A stretch of DNA of 55,311 nucleotides, the filler included, from Trypethelium eluteriae (taxonomy: Eukaryota), in NCBI GenBank assembly GCA_051942245.1. It is 3 parts of 3 records of this genome, joined end to end, with 100 filler letters (N's around TTAATTAATTAA, not from the genome) between each part and the next. Parts side by side here need not be neighbours in the genome. Positions count along the whole stretch, not along the records: positions 1 to 18,386 come from JAVECL010000568.1; 2 more parts are not named here. One strand, 5' to 3'. Under the pieces are notes generated by a model. The model did no database searches and was not told where the DNA came from. It was given only the letters and a program-made list of their open reading frames with translations. Shown piece after piece: positions 1 to 13,278 of the stretch; within the stretch, counting starts at the first letter, position 1; every line of letters starts with the position of its first letter. Position numbers and translations under genes: made by a program.

Positions 1-1
1 G

Positions 2-400
2 GGCTGGTTTGTTGATGAGGGGGGCGAGGAGGGTGAGAATGGGAAGGAGAAGGAGAAGGAGAAGGAGGAGCGCAAGGAGGAGTGCAAGGAGGCGGGGGAG
101 AAGAAGGAGAAGGAGAAGGGCAAGGAGACGGGGGAGAGAGGTGATGGTGAAGAGGGAGAAGCGGACGGGCAGGAAGAGGAGGCGGAGGGAGGCGTGGTGT
201 TGCCGAAGGCGAAGGATGGAGAAGAGACGAAGAAGGTGCAGAAGATTGTGTTTGATGAGGAGTTGGGTAGGGAGGAAGAGTTTGGTGGGAAGAGACTCAA
301 GCGGTATCAGACAAATCCGAGGCCGAACTGGGGTCCGATGTCGCGTGCTAAGGCTGGCGGAAGTAAGAAGGCGAGTGATGCGGCTGAGGCATACGAATAA
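2..400 (+). CDS. TRM1: tRNA (guanine26-N2,N2)-dimethyltransferase Trm1, C-terminal end (5' part outside window)
   Basis: Frame 2 is open from the window start to TAA 398-400. It ends KRLKRYQTNPRPNWGPMSRAK, matching the conserved Trm1/TRMT1 C-terminal RYQxNPxxNWGP motif, and is preceded by an E/K/G low-complexity stretch. Confidence 0.8.
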   Translation, partial: GWFVDEGGEEGENGKEKEKEKEERKEECKEAGEKKEKEKGKETGERGDGEEGEADGQEEEAEGGVVLPKAKDGEETKKVQKIVFDEELGREEEFGGKRLKRYQTNPRPNWGPMSRAKAGGSKKASDAAEAYE

Positions 401-965
401 CAGAATCTGAGCTAGATCATGTACAGTGTGCAGCTTGAAAGCCCAACTTAATACTACTTACAGCGTTCTACTGCAGTATCATTACATATGAAGTTCCCAG
501 CCCTCCCAGAATATACTATACCCATTTGGTTACTTCGACCTCATGGATGGCCTCGCTCTTTCTCCTGCAGAGAATAAAGGTATGAGCCTGCACCTCCAAC
601 GCCCTGCTTCATTATGTAGTGCAGTCCCAAACTCCGAGTCCCATATTTTGTGAATTAGATACGAAACGCGCTCAACGTGGAAGAAGCAGCGAGACTGGCC
701 TGCTGGTCCATTGCAAATGCGTCGCTCACTCGCTCGCTGTCGATGCTTTACCAAACATATTGCCATGTGAACGCAAAGGAAGCCAAAACGCCGCATGTCC
801 CTTTTGGAGTTCCTCGTGAGATGTGGTGGTCCCTCCGATGCATCTGGCTATCCAAGTGATACCCCAACGAATCTTGCAATAATTACCATACCATAGAAAG
901 ATGACCTAAGACAGAAACGACAAAAACGCGTACCGCTGAAGGTCGAAAGCCAAGTAAACCCATAC

Positions 966-3900
966 TCACGATAATGGCGAGACTGCTGGTGACAGCGGTG
1001 GCGTCTCTTCCGGCTTCTCCGTCGTCGGGACAATAATCGATGACGGTGCCCCATCCGTCACAATCGGCTGAGGCGTCGGCACCACCTCCGAGGCTGTCGC
1101 CTGCATCCCCTTCTTGCCCTCCGGGTTCGCGCTGTCCGTCTCCTCGACCTCCTCAATGGGGGGACAGTACGCCTTCAGCACCTTCTTCAGCGCGGGTCTT
1201 CGGATGGGCTTGGCCAGGAAGTGATCCATACCGGACGCCATGCATTCCTTGACGTTGGATTCTTCGGAGAAGGCGGTGAGGGCGACAATCGGGGCGGAGT
1301 AGCCGATTTGGCGGATGAGCCGGGTGGACTCGAGCCCGTCGAGGTTGGGCATTTGGACGTCCATGAAGATGAGGTTGTAAGGGCGCGAGGCTTCCATAGA
1401 GGCCTTGACGTAATCGAGGGCTTCCTGACCGTCGGCGGCGACGGTGACGTCGTAGATATCTTCGAGTTTGAGCATGCGCAGTCTATCGAGGGGATTAGTG
1501 AGGAAGGCTTTATGTGTTATCTGAACACAGAGGGAAACTTACACAACTTCCTGGTTGACCTTGTTGTCCTCGGCAACCAGGACCTTGACTTTGTCACCTC
1601 TTTTGCTCGCCTCGGCCGTGACTCTATCAACTGCCGCTTGTTGAGATCCAGGAGATTCGAGGGGTTGGGGTGAAGCGAAGAAAGGCTGGCTCAGACCGAC
1701 AAGTCGAGGTTGGGAGTCGGCTTCGAAGGTTACCGGACCGGGATTTGACTCGCTATGTGCAGAACCGCCGGTGGGTCGATCTATCGGGGGAGCCTTTAGT
1801 GAACTTGGCTCCTCTGCATGGACACTGCTATTCCGCGACAACGGTACGTCTACATTCGAGCTCGCCTCACTGTCCACGCGCGTTGCTACGTGCCGGAGTG
1901 GGATTGCCATCGTGAATGTACTCCCTACACCAAGTTGACTTTGAAGCCCGATGGTACCTCTCATCAACTTAGCGAGTTGACTGCAGATACTCAGCCCAAG
2001 CCCCGTACCACCATATTTTTTGCTCAATCCAAGATCGCCCTGCACGAAGGGCTCAAAGATGCGTTGCTGCTGGCCAGGGGCGATACCAGGTCCTGTGTCT
2101 TTGACTTCAAAGTCAAATAATAGTGTCCGACCTGGTGGAGGAGATGGCGACCTCTCCGAGCCAAACTGCGATCGCGAATCACGTCTATTATCAAAGGCGT
2201 TGATCTCATTGGCCGTGGCTGTAATCATAGGCGTTGGAGGACCCGAATCGGACAACCCTCGATGCTGCGCGCTTCCAGCTCGAGGAGAAAATGAAACCGA
2301 CATCTTGGATATCTTGGAAGAGAAAGAGGCGGTACGACTATTTCCCATTCCATCGAGTATCCCGTGACAGCGAATGGTGACAGTAACAGAACCTCCGTTC
2401 GGTGTAAACTTTAGACTGTTAGAGACTAGGTTGATTAAGACTTGCAATATTCTTTGTTGATCTCCGAAGAGAACCATGTCTTTGATTCGTCCCATTTGTT
2501 GCGGAAATGGCAGAGGTCTGGCTGTAGAAGTTCCGTCCTCGTTTTTAATATCCAGAGGGCCCAGAAAGTTGATCTGCAGATCTATGCCCCCTTCTTTCGC
2601 CTGCTTGTCAAAAATGGCGAGCAATTGAGCACTGACGTCTCGTAATCGGAACTCCTTCTCATCGAGGGCAATCTGTTGACCAACTTGGTTTTTGGAGAAA
2701 GTGAGTAGATCGGTTAGAAGGTTTAGCAACAGATCACCACTCTTGTAAATTATGCCAAGACTCCGCTTCACTCTTATAGGATCTTCCTCAGACATGCAGA
2801 CGGCGCACATACCCAGGATGCCGTTAAGAGGCGTTTTTAACTCATGAGAGATATTCGCGATGAAAAGTGTCTTAGATTCATTCGCAGCTTCGGCGGCTTT
2901 CTTGCTCTGTTCCAACTCGGCAGTCCGTTGCTTGACTCGCTCTTCCAGCCGTTCATACTGTATCATCAATTCGTCCGACATTTCATTGAATGTCTCGGTC
3001 AGGTCTGTGAGTTCGTCTTCAATAAAGTGTTTGCGAACTTTCACTTTTCCAGGGATCCTAAAAGCTCGTCGACGATTGGAATGACTACCGTCCGAAGAAT
3101 CAATGCCTTGAGTCGTATCTCGCCACTTGGAGATTTTTGCAAGTAAGCCTTCTCTTCGCGCCAACGCATGGGCAGTGCCACCAGATTTTTCCCCATTATC
3201 TCCGACTGCTGCCGCCGTGATGGATCCGTCTAAGCCATCGAAACTACGACCCTGCTCAGAATAGCCGGGTGGCAGTATGGATTTGGCAGTCGCCAGTCTC
3301 AATCGACGAATCGGTAGGATTGCAAAGTGGGCAACGGGCCATGTGAGAATGATCAGTCCACTATCACGCAAGATCAGCCAGGGTGTTTGAGAGAATAGTG
3401 TTAGGTGTCGTTCCCTACCCAACAGTAGCAAATACGCAGGCCAGAAGCACGTTACGCAGGTGATTGATTGGTGCCCAAACCTCGCTTTTCTCTTCTTCAA
3501 CGACCAGGACCCAGTCACATACTGAAGTCGAAGGGATAGCATATCCTACACTCACCGTTCTCCCATTCTCAGTAGTTGCAGATGCTGTACTTCCCGCGTT
3601 CATTAATGCACTTTGATTGACGCTTAGAGCGCTTTCGATCGCTGGAAATTTGCTAGCACTAAATACCGGATTTTGTGAGCCATATGCGTGATCTGGATGG
3701 CGTTGCGATTCACTACTATTAATAGGAAGCACAAATCGCACATTAGTCGACGAGCTCGAAGGTCTTGGACCGGAGTTGTAGAGAACTCCTGGTGGAAAGT
3801 GGTTGGTTGCATTATCTGGACCAATCAAATAGGCAATGCCAGTCTGATCAAGACCAACGGGGGAGTTTATCACCTGGAGAATGAGCCTCGCATCCAGAAC

Positions 3901-4725
3901 GACAGATAGCCAGCCCAGTATTTCAGTTGTAGTCACATTGACGTTGAAGATTGGCTCGGTAATTGAAATCAGGGCAAATGTCGAGTTGATCGAGTAGGGT
4001 CCTAATAAGAGTGGGGTTCTCTGAGTAAGGTCTTGGCCGTTGTAGGACACTGCCTTTGCACTAGATCCAGACTTGGAGGAGAATGTAATATTAGGATACA
4101 AATCAGGCGGGTACCCAGCACCTGCATCACCAAGCTTGACTGGGGTGCCATTGGGATAATTATATGGTAACTGGATGGTGCCAACGATCTGATCTCCCGT
4201 GGAATTTAATAAAGGAGCAAACGGAGCTGCCCCATTGTTAGGATTCGGAAAAACCACTGCCTGAAGTAGGAGCGCAGATTGCTGGCCGCCCTGCAAACCA
4301 GCTTTCAGATCACCTTCGACATCTGACGAGTTCGCGGCAGTCGGGTCGCCATTGTTGTATTGCTGGACTGCATTCTGTATGAGGACACGTGTGGATGCTG
4401 CCCTTACCGAGGATGTCATCAATTGGAAATTCGAGCCAAGTTGACCTGCTTTGAGACTTGCGACAATGGATAGGCGTTGCTCCCTACGCAACAGGTCAGT
4501 ATACGCATTGCGAGCGAGTAATCGGGTAAAGGATCATGCTAACCTCAGACTCAGGATCAAGTTGTGATTTGTGACCTATAAATTATGCATATCAGCGCTT
4601 AGGGTCCAAGAAAGATGAGAAGAGGCTCTCGAACTAACCCATGTTGCGATGGCAATCACGCCGAGGCCGACCAAAGTGCAAAACAGAATGACAACGCCCA
4701 ATTGCTCCCTAATAGGGATCCTCAT
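966..4725 (-). CDS. SLN1: Sln1/TcsB-type transmembrane hybrid sensor histidine kinase (TM-sensor-TM, HisKA, HATPase, receiver)
   Basis: Exons 4725-4639, 4575-4544, 4483-3419, 3360-1543, 1482-966, all GT-AG and in frame. Starts MRIPIREQL followed by a hydrophobic TM. H-box [16 protein letters not shown]-box [11 protein letters not shown]-boxes DTGPGI and GGTGLGL, receiver VLVAEDN..FMDVQMP..FLAKP. Alternative ATG at 4734. Confidence 0.93.
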
Positions 4726-5416
4726 CCTTAGCATATCCCATCGAGGCCGGGTCAGAGACCTCTGAACCCGGGAGTCCCGAAGATCTGAAATATAGGACAC
4801 CAGTGAGCCGCGCTCAAGTCTGGAGACCTTCGAGCCGCATTACAATGATGAATACAGCCTTTGCAGGCTTCAGCGATGAGGTGAACGACAGGAACGGCTC
4901 GAGAGGTGCGCGAATGCGTCACGCAGCGGTCGCGGAAAACGAGAGGAGTGAGGAGGGTCGTCTTGGTGGTGGTGTTGCAGACGGAGAGTTTGGGAATTGG
5001 GTCGGGCAGAAGGCAAGGGGACCCTGGAGATGGTTCAAGCCACATGTAGTTTGCAACGCCTCTCAATAAGACTTTGCGGACATGCTATTGGTAAGGCGAT
5101 GAGAAATGAACGGTTTTGGTGAGGAAGCATCCCAGCTCCAGGTCGAGCTGGTGTTCTGGACCATCTCGTGCATGCATGTGTGCACTGCTATGCCGGACAT
5201 CGTTAAATGCCGTCCCCGAGGCCGTCCCTTTTCGGCCGCTTGCAAGAAGCGAAGCCCCAGAGCCGTCTCAGCCGTCCAGCTCCACGCGGCATTTTGGCTC
5301 TTACCGCTGGTTCGACAGATCTGACGGGCTTGCCAAACGTTGGTACGGTGGGATGTGGGCTGGAATCTGCAGCTGAGGACTATCCAGGTAAATACCTAAC
5401 ATACTAGGTATATACT

Positions 5417-7816
5417 CTATGTATCACCTGCCCTTCTCCGTACTCCCAACTGTCTCCTATCCGTACGACGATATGAGACGATTCGCTCGAAGTCCCACGA
5501 TTTCGAACCTTCAAGGGCTTTAAGGGCACATTTTACACAGCAATGCTCAGCGTCACGAAGTATACAGTAGCCGCCATTGAAGCTCAAGCTCAGTAAGGTG
5601 TTGACCTTGACTAGCGAGTCTAAGGTTTTTGACATCACGATTATATTACCTAGTGCTGGGGGCTTCTCTGAGTTCCAATGCCCGAGCGCGTAATCGAAGT
5701 CATGGACCTTGCTTTGGCGTTCTATACCAGTGCTCTCGTGGAGATTTTTATGACCGCAATGGGGGCGCCTGGCGTGGAGCACGCCTCGTGCAACCGTACT
5801 GGGGTCGACTATTCGAATGTAGGAGCCACTTTGTACAGTAGTCATGAGGCGGTAGAGGTGAGTGTCCTCACGGAAGACGGCAGTAAAGACATTAGCGTCC
5901 ACTGTGTCCAAATCCTTGATTAAACTCCAACCCGCCATTGAAGGTGCGTCATCCTCCGATTTTCCTTCCGCGAAAAGCGTCGAAAGGTCAGTTGTCATTC
6001 TCTCGCATCGAACGAGGCCACAATCGTCTGGAACGCCTTGAATAGTTCCTTCAAGAATATCCAAGGCAAAGGGTTTAATCCTCTCTTGATCTTGAGCTAT
6101 ATCTAGCCAGCTTGCAGCCGCCACAAAGCTTCCATACTGGACCGCTGCCCACTGTGAGGATCCGCTTTCGGCTCCATCCAGGTGTCGCCTTCCAAACTCT
6201 GAGTATGCAATGCCAGAAACAATACAGGCTCCCAACGCGAACACTGTGGGCCATTGAATCCATTGCAGCTGGATAATCTCATCGAACAAAGCAGTCATGC
6301 ATCTCACTTGATCAGTTGGATTTGACAAGCCGGACGCGTCAACACCACCGACAGCATCGCTGACAGCATGACCTAAGAGGAGGAGGAAGTGCGTCATTGC
6401 GGCATCGCGAAGACATCCGGGTTTACAGTTATCTAGATCGGCAGCTGACTTGCACTGGCGACAGGAGCACCTTTTCTGAATGGCCTCCATTACATCCTGC
6501 AGAACTGGGAAATATGCCACAATCTTTCCCGCCGTCGTAACCTTGTCCTTCGGCCGTCCAGACTCTTCCTCGATTTCTTCACTACTCGAGGTGTTATCAT
6601 CATCCTCTGTCTTACGAAACACAGGACCGGGGATCGTCACTTCACCAGTATGAAGCTGCAAGAGCTGGGGATATCGAACGAAAAGATCGCCCACCACGCG
6701 AGTCTTATCAACTCCAGTCAGATCTAATGCGAAGCATAGTCCGTCGTTGGTGTTCCATGGTTCGAGTGGAATCTCAAGCATCCACGTCATTACCATTTTG
6801 GCGGCATGGGTGACTGAATTCATTTCTGCTCGCTTCAATAATGCCACTTTAGTTCCTCGAGGCCCAGTCATAAGGTCTTCCAAATGGTAAAAAGGCTGTC
6901 TTGCAAATGAACGAGCGCGATAGCTAGAATCAGCCGAACCGCGAAGGAATGTCGTGAACTTGTCACCAGTAGTTACGGAAGCTTCAACAGAGTTGTCTTC
7001 TTCCCAGCATGATGTTGACGCCTCGGCGCAACTTTTGTTGACTATTAATCTCACGACTCGATTCTCACTTCCAAGCTCCGAGGTAAGTATGATTCTATTT
7101 TGCACGCTGATCTCAAACGTCCCATCAAAATGGAAGAACAACCAAGCCGAGAGATCAGCTAGGAAGCGTTGGCTGCGGATAGTTACGTCTCCTTCGGCTC
7201 TTTGCACGCCCATCACGATTCCCGCAAAGGTCCTGTCGTCTAGGAGATGTTTGTGAAATTGACGAAGCTCTTCTGGCAAATCTGGTAAATTTTTGCCGGT
7301 ATTGACGACGTTAATGTATACGCTATCGACGATTTTGGAAATGATGGCCTTCATCGGAGCTCGATGAATGTCGTATCTAAAAGCGACTTCTTTTTCGTGG
7401 CCGCCTCTGTCCAAAATCATCGAGCATAGCATGCTTGCAACAGATTCCGGATCCCGATATCGTGTCATTGTTGAGACAGTAGTGACAATGTACACTGTCT
7501 CGGGATCACGGCCGATCAGCCGGCCTAAGGATCCGGAGACTACCAGCTGGAGCGGAGCCTTCTTCAACTGCTTCAGAATTTGCCGATCTGCTGCCTCAAT
7601 ATGCTTTTGCAACTCCATTCCGCTTTCATTGGGATAGGCCAGTGATGCTGCAAGGTCGCGACATGCATTGAAACCAGCTTCATCAATGCTTTGGCGTACG
7701 AGCCATTTATAAGTTTCCTGGCCAGCTTCCGCGAGTGAACCGGTAAGAGGGAAGTCAATAAGGGCTCGTACAAGGTTGAGGGAACTGGCTGAAATGTCTA
7801 GATTCGGTTTCGCCAT
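5417..7816 (-). CDS. Hypothetical protein, 799 aa, intronless, with Cys/His clusters
   Basis: Uninterrupted 2.4-kb ATG-TAG ORF with globular-protein composition. Motifs CSCRQC..CKPGC, HCGH and HCCVKC. No family I can name. Confidence 0.8.
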   Translation of the reverse strand: MAKPNLDISASSLNLVRALIDFPLTGSLAEAGQETYKWLVRQSIDEAGFNACRDLAASLAYPNESGMELQKHIEAADRQILKQLKKAPLQLVVSGSLGRLIGRDPETVYIVTTVSTMTRYRDPESVASMLCSMILDRGGHEKEVAFRYDIHRAPMKAIISKIVDSVYINVVNTGKNLPDLPEELRQFHKHLLDDRTFAGIVMGVQRAEGDVTIRSQRFLADLSAWLFFHFDGTFEISVQNRIILTSELGSENRVVRLIVNKSCAEASTSCWEEDNSVEASVTTGDKFTTFLRGSADSSYRARSFARQPFYHLEDLMTGPRGTKVALLKRAEMNSVTHAAKMVMTWMLEIPLEPWNTNDGLCFALDLTGVDKTRVVGDLFVRYPQLLQLHTGEVTIPGPVFRKTEDDDNTSSSEEIEEESGRPKDKVTTAGKIVAYFPVLQDVMEAIQKRCSCRQCKSAADLDNCKPGCLRDAAMTHFLLLLGHAVSDAVGGVDASGLSNPTDQVRCMTALFDEIIQLQWIQWPTVFALGACIVSGIAYSEFGRRHLDGAESGSSQWAAVQYGSFVAAASWLDIAQDQERIKPFALDILEGTIQGVPDDCGLVRCERMTTDLSTLFAEGKSEDDAPSMAGWSLIKDLDTVDANVFTAVFREDTHLYRLMTTVQSGSYIRIVDPSTVARGVLHARRPHCGHKNLHESTGIERQSKVHDFDYALGHWNSEKPPALGNIIVMSKTLDSLVKVNTLLSLSFNGGYCILRDAEHCCVKCALKALEGSKSWDFERIVSYRRTDRRQLGVRRRAGDT

Positions 7817-9580
7817 TTCGTGTTAGCAAGATTCGGTGGCTAAAAGCCTTCGGATCCAAGCAGATTGTGTGCTGGTAGTCTCGCGAGGTATGGATGGGTA
7901 GACCGCGTAGTATGTCAGGCTCAGGTTGACAAGCGTCATGGCAGCGAAGCGTATCCTCCTTTCGTGGCGTAAGTACCGCAGGCCACCCTTATGGCGGAGG
8001 TAAGGCTGAAGATTAGGAGCAGCTGTGATACTTCATAGCAACTATTACTGCGCATCAAGATGATAGCGACAGCGGCCTCTAGTAACTACTGTATTATGAG
8101 ACGATGCTCAGACAGGGATTCTTGCCGACCAGGCAGTGAGGATCCCGATTGGGGAGGCTAGGTAGGTTCTGAATACTCATGGCCATGCTCTGAAGCAGCG
8201 AACTCTCATCTTGCGGACTAGGTTGAGAGTGTGGACGTTTTTAGAAAATTAAGCGTAAATGGATGGGAATTTGCTAAATAACTATGCTGGTTCAATGACA
8301 ATGTTGATAACGCACGTCTCATACTGTATCGCTTGAGTGTCGAAAAATCATAAGTACCAAGTACTGAATGCTCAACTTGGCACTTGCTAGACGTTGCGCG
8401 GTTGAACCCCCGTTTCCCTAGCATGGACTTCTACACGAAACATGCAAGCGCAGTGCTGCTGAGAATCTTTGCCTTCTGGTTTGTGCATGGTAGACCACAT
8501 ACTTCAAGGATGTTGCATATTAGAGTAGTACAATATCAATAACAGTTGTACGGAGTAGAATCTACAGTTTCCAGTCAATACAACACGAATGGCTTTTTGA
8601 TCAAGAGATCGCAAAGTATTAGATCACAATGTTTTCAAAAGATATCCCAATCGTCTCTAGTTCTTCTTGCAATTCCTATTCAGCGATCATCGCATGGTTT
8701 GGTGGATAGATCACCCCGGTAATCGCGTCGATAAGCCATCCTTGATGAAGAAGTTTCTGCGCTCTTCCACGCAGCCACTTTACCGCAAGCCTTGCTCGAG
8801 CAAAACATGAGACAACGCGCTTGTTTCCGACAATCAATGGTTTCAACGGTTGGCGATACCTTTTCGAGTCGCGTCAGACGCGATATCGATATGATTAACG
8901 CGCAGCCCAAAGTCTATTAAACGTAAACAGCTAGCGACATCCTTCTCTCTCCAATCGATCATCCCGCTTCCTGGATTTCTGCGCAGTAGCGCATGCAAGC
9001 TAAGCCGTCCGTTTCGCAGACCGCAAGATGCTTTGATGCTTGATTGGATGAGTGTTTGCCAGGATGAAACTTCTGCGGGAGACCCTGGGCGGGAGCCTGC
9101 CGCAAGCCCCAGCCCCCTCAGTTCCAAGGCCACTCACCACCGCTGACACGCTTCGACGCCACTCCCACGAGCGTGTATAGACGTGTTATGGTCGTGAAAT
9201 CTACAGACCATCATCCAGCTACATTGGTAGTGCTGCATAAACAAGTGCAACTTGCCTGCCCGACGCTCGCTGTGACTCACACCCACAGAGCCAATGTGGG
9301 GATAGCCAGCCTTGCCGGTTTGGTTTGGTCAAAAGGTGGGTGCCATCATGATGGCAGCGTTCCTGAATTCCGATTCCTCTACTGCCCGCGATCGAGCTTT
9401 GTCAATTTTGATGCTTTTTTTGCTCTCTCCACTCAATTCTAGTTCGGATGGGTTATGCTTCTGACGACATTTCGTCGAGGAGCAGTGGTAGCGTGTCAAG
9501 TCGGTCGACCAAGAGTTCCAAGAGATTACTTTTCGGAGAGATCGAAAGTGTAACGAGTCTTTGTGAGTAGCAGCCAGCAC

Positions 9581-11057
9581 ATGGCGCCCTATATTTTAGG
9601 TTGCGCTATTATTTGCAGTCGAACATTGCGCTGATAAACATCTCTCAGCCTCTGGCTCCGTCGCTTCAGTCTGCAATATCGTCCTCTCTGGTAGCTCGGC
9701 CTTTACTCGTTTCTGGTTGTCAGATAATTGTCGGGAATCGCTTGTTTCATGCTTCGATAAGTCCGATTTGGCCAATTTGCGTCTGGTTTGTCATGACTTT
9801 GGCGTTCGTGCTGCAGCACCTCTTTTCGAGGAAGTGAATGTGACATTCAAGTCAAGTACATTTACCAAACCTGCTCACATCGCGGCGCTCGAAAGAATTG
9901 GTCACCATGTGCGGACTCTGTCATTCAACCTTCCCCACTCGGGAGAGACATTCCTCCCGCCTTTGGTGGACCCTTCGACCGGCGAGGAGAAGGTCTTGAC
10001 ATATGTCCCTCAGGTCCTATCTACCGAACAGACCAAGAAGAAAGAGCTCAAGTATGGATCCTGGGAGATGACAGACCTCGTCGTCAAACAGTATCCTCCT
10101 CTGTTTCATGCGGCGACGAATGTCAATTCCTTCGTTCGCGCTTTCTCGGCAATGCCTTTTCTCAAGCACGTCAAGATTAGCTGTCCAGGCCAGCAAGCAG
10201 CTGAGCGAGACCGACGAAGCGTGGTTGACTATGCGCTCGTGTCGCTACGCATAGCTATTGAACGGGCTCAACTCCGGTCTCTTGGCTCTCTCACGCTCTC
10301 ACCTATACATCCTGCGGGGCTTTTCTATCTCAAGTCTACGCACAACTATGGCTCTACCCCGGGTTCAGGAAGGAGATGGGCCCAAATTCAGAAGCTCGTC
10401 GTCCAAGTTGACAGCTTCAAGGTCGACAGTAAGGCATCTAGGGATCACCTGAAAGTCGTGCACACCTACCTGCGAGATTTTTCAGCGTCACTCACACATT
10501 GCGCATTTCGATGGAACGGGCGTCGTGGGCTTGACCCGTTTACGCTCGACACCGAGTCATGCATTCAGCCCGAAGCCACAGAACACCCATTGATCCGGAG
10601 CCGGCGGATCGCACCATTGCGCTTTCCGAAGCTCCAAAACATGGAATTGGAGAACGCGATCATGGATGCCTCGCAAATTAGTGGCTTCCTAACTCGTCAT
10701 CGTCGCACTATCGCCGATGTGATTTTTGAGAACGTGCATCTGCGAAGTGGCTCATGGGACGACGCACTTGCGCCTTTGACGCAGATCTCTGGGAATGACG
10801 AGTGGAAGAGGAAACAGGAGGAGGTGATGGACGTGCCCATCGTCTTCAGTCCTGTAGATCCTGTCCCGACCAAGGTTGACTGCTTGTTACCACAACCGCA
10901 GCAGCCACAGCAGTCACACCGCAGTCGAATGAGCCTGGGTCGCTTGTTTGCAGGAGGGAAGGGAACGGTACCCCCTCCAAAGCCGAAAGAACAGTCAAAG
11001 GCCAGTGCAGAGCACATGAGGAAAATATTGAAGACCTCAGTGTTTTCTTGGCGTTGA
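9581..11057 (+). CDS. Fungal hypothetical protein with an N-terminal F-box-like motif
   Basis: Long ORF 9717-11057 has no ATG at its start. A model with ATG 9581 and intron 9600-9648 (GTTGCG..CTGAT..CAG) joins in frame. FDKSDLANLRLVCHDF is F-box-like and is followed by LRR-like segments (FPKLQNMELEN). Start is tentative. Confidence 0.7.
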
Positions 11058-11651
11058 TCCAACCTCGAGGGAGGTAGTCTAATAGCTCAGGTCTCGAAGG
11101 AAAGTACGTGAGCTATCGTGGCGTTTGACTTGGTCCGGCCTCCTTCAAATGGAAGGCAACGGTATTTCTCATGGATTCTTGTTCATGATTTCGGTTTCAA
11201 TGACCGCTGCCAATGTATTTATGATATCGACGATTTTCTTGTAATGCATATTTTCTTACCCTGTAAGCTCCTGACGTCGCACCGCCGGCACCATGATTAC
11301 TGAATGAGAAGTGAACGATAAATTCTCCTCAGTTACGACAGAAAGCTAAAATATCTATACTGAATTCCGTGGGTATGGAAATTCATCTGAACCCCACGTG
11401 TGAGCTATCCGAATCGGCCACTTCACGTGCGCTTTCACATGCGCCTCGAGCAATGATGCCACGGGCCGGCTCGTGGCTTTCACCTCGCCATCTGACTACA
11501 AGCCAAACTTCCGAGGTCCTTTATATCTTCCTTGCTTGCGTCTTTGGCTCCGAGCGACATTGACTTGCTTTTCTTCCCTTTGCATACTTTGTAATTTTTC
11601 ATTCCATCGCCGACGTTTGTGACCAAGCGAGCGCTATTCCACTCATCGACC

Positions 11652-12301
11652 ATGTCTCTCAAGAACGGTGAATAGTGCATATCCATACAAACATTGTGGA
11701 ATTTTCCCTGACGAATGGACTTTGCAGATGCTTTCCCTTCCTCCGCGGCCTTCGATGTCATCAACAGCTCCCTTCAAGCCAATGATGCAGACCGCGCCGA
11801 TGCCATAAAGAAAGGCGGTGCAATCTTCGCATTCACATTAAAGAACAATGGCCAGGAAGAGAGCTGGTATATTGACCTCAAAGAGAAGGGCGTGGTTGGT
11901 AAGGGGGCCGCACCACCTGGTGGCAAGGCGAATGGTATGTTGCAGCTCCTATCTGCTATTTGAGCAAAACACTATCACAACAATACTGGGTCACTCTATG
12001 AACGAAGTGTTGGATATTCGCTTTCGTTATCCTGTTCTCCAAGATATAAAGGGCTAACGACTTCACTACACAGTCACCCTTGTACTCTCAGATGCCGACT
12101 TCGCCAAACTCATTAGCGGCAGTGCCAATGCGCAGAAGCTTTTCATGTCTGGCAAGCTCAAAGTTAGAGGCGATGTTATGAAGGCTACGAAGGTATGAAA
12201 ATAACGCCAATATTTGATGAGTTTGTAATTGCTGTGCTGACTTGCGCGCAATACAGATGGAGCCTATCCTCAAGAAGGCGCAAAGCCAGGCCAAACTATA
12301 A
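11652..12301 (+). CDS. Peroxisomal SCP-2 sterol/fatty-acid carrier protein (POX18-like)
   Basis: Exons 11652-11667, 11728-11934, 12074-12192, 12257-12301. SCP2 signature ANAQKLFMSGKLKVRGDVMKATKME; ends in the PTS1 tripeptide AKL*. Confidence 0.93.
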
Positions 12302-13278
12302 CGTTCATCGAGATATCCTATTACGTTTTCTATACTTGACAGGGAAATCCAAAATGGATCATGTTCCAAGCGGGCATTCTGGCAATGAATGCTGGATAGC
12401 ATATTTGCATTCGTAGATTACTCGGTAGATTGTAGGAATATGATCGTATCATGATATCAAGAGTCGAGATCACCTGCAGCCAGTCCGAACTGTGACACCC
12501 ATAGCACGTGTGTAGCCTACCATAAAGACGTGAGAAGATACCCATCCCTCCCCAACAGCACTGATGCTGCTTTTGTTGCATTGATATGATGTGTTCTTTG
12601 TATCATAGAGCGGCAGTCCGTCGGCGAGAAGTCATTGAGGTTTCCAGCATCTGAAGACCGGGCCAGCAGTTTGTGGCATCATCGAAGGTTTGATCAACCA
12701 GTCTTACTTGCTTCTCATAAATATTTGTCTTCACGTCCACAACTGGCTGGTTCCCAATCCGCTATTCACCTTCATTATTTCTGCTCTTTGTTAGGTGCGT
12801 TCGGGAGTGGATCATGAAGACGCCTTGGTGGGCCAAAGACCGGATTTGAGGTGTTGTCCAAAGCCAGGTTTGCGCGCCACGCGATGCTCGTAAATGATCA
12901 GGAAATCATTGGTTGGACGGATTGACATGAAGGCTCCGTCATCGTTCCGTGGCGAATTGGGAGGACGGAGTACGGGAGGAAAGGTACGACAGGTGAGTGC
13001 ACGGACCGAAAACACCCGCACGGACAAGATGGAAGAACGTCTGTGACATCGCATCGCGGAGAAATGTGAAGTGGAACGACAACACGAACATCAACATTAC
13101 CACTCTGTCGCAACGACAGTCTCCAGGTCAACCAGGGCAAACAGATCATGTTGTTTTAGACTGGAAAGATAGATACATGGAAGTATCGTGGATACCGGCG
13201 GTCGCTTTTGGTCCTCCCTAGACTTCTCTCCTAATCGACTCCTACACCTCCGACCGACCTGGCAGAACCGTCTCCAAG

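Noticed and set aside
9..410. Arg-rich, protamine-like 133-aa ORF
   Set aside because: Alternative frame of the GA-rich Trm1 tail; frame 2 carries the conserved motif.
7817..9580. Short ORFs in the long intergenic regions (also 12302-13278 and 43614-45013)
   Set aside because: No recognisable motifs, no coherent splice models, and no tRNA or snRNA signatures found.
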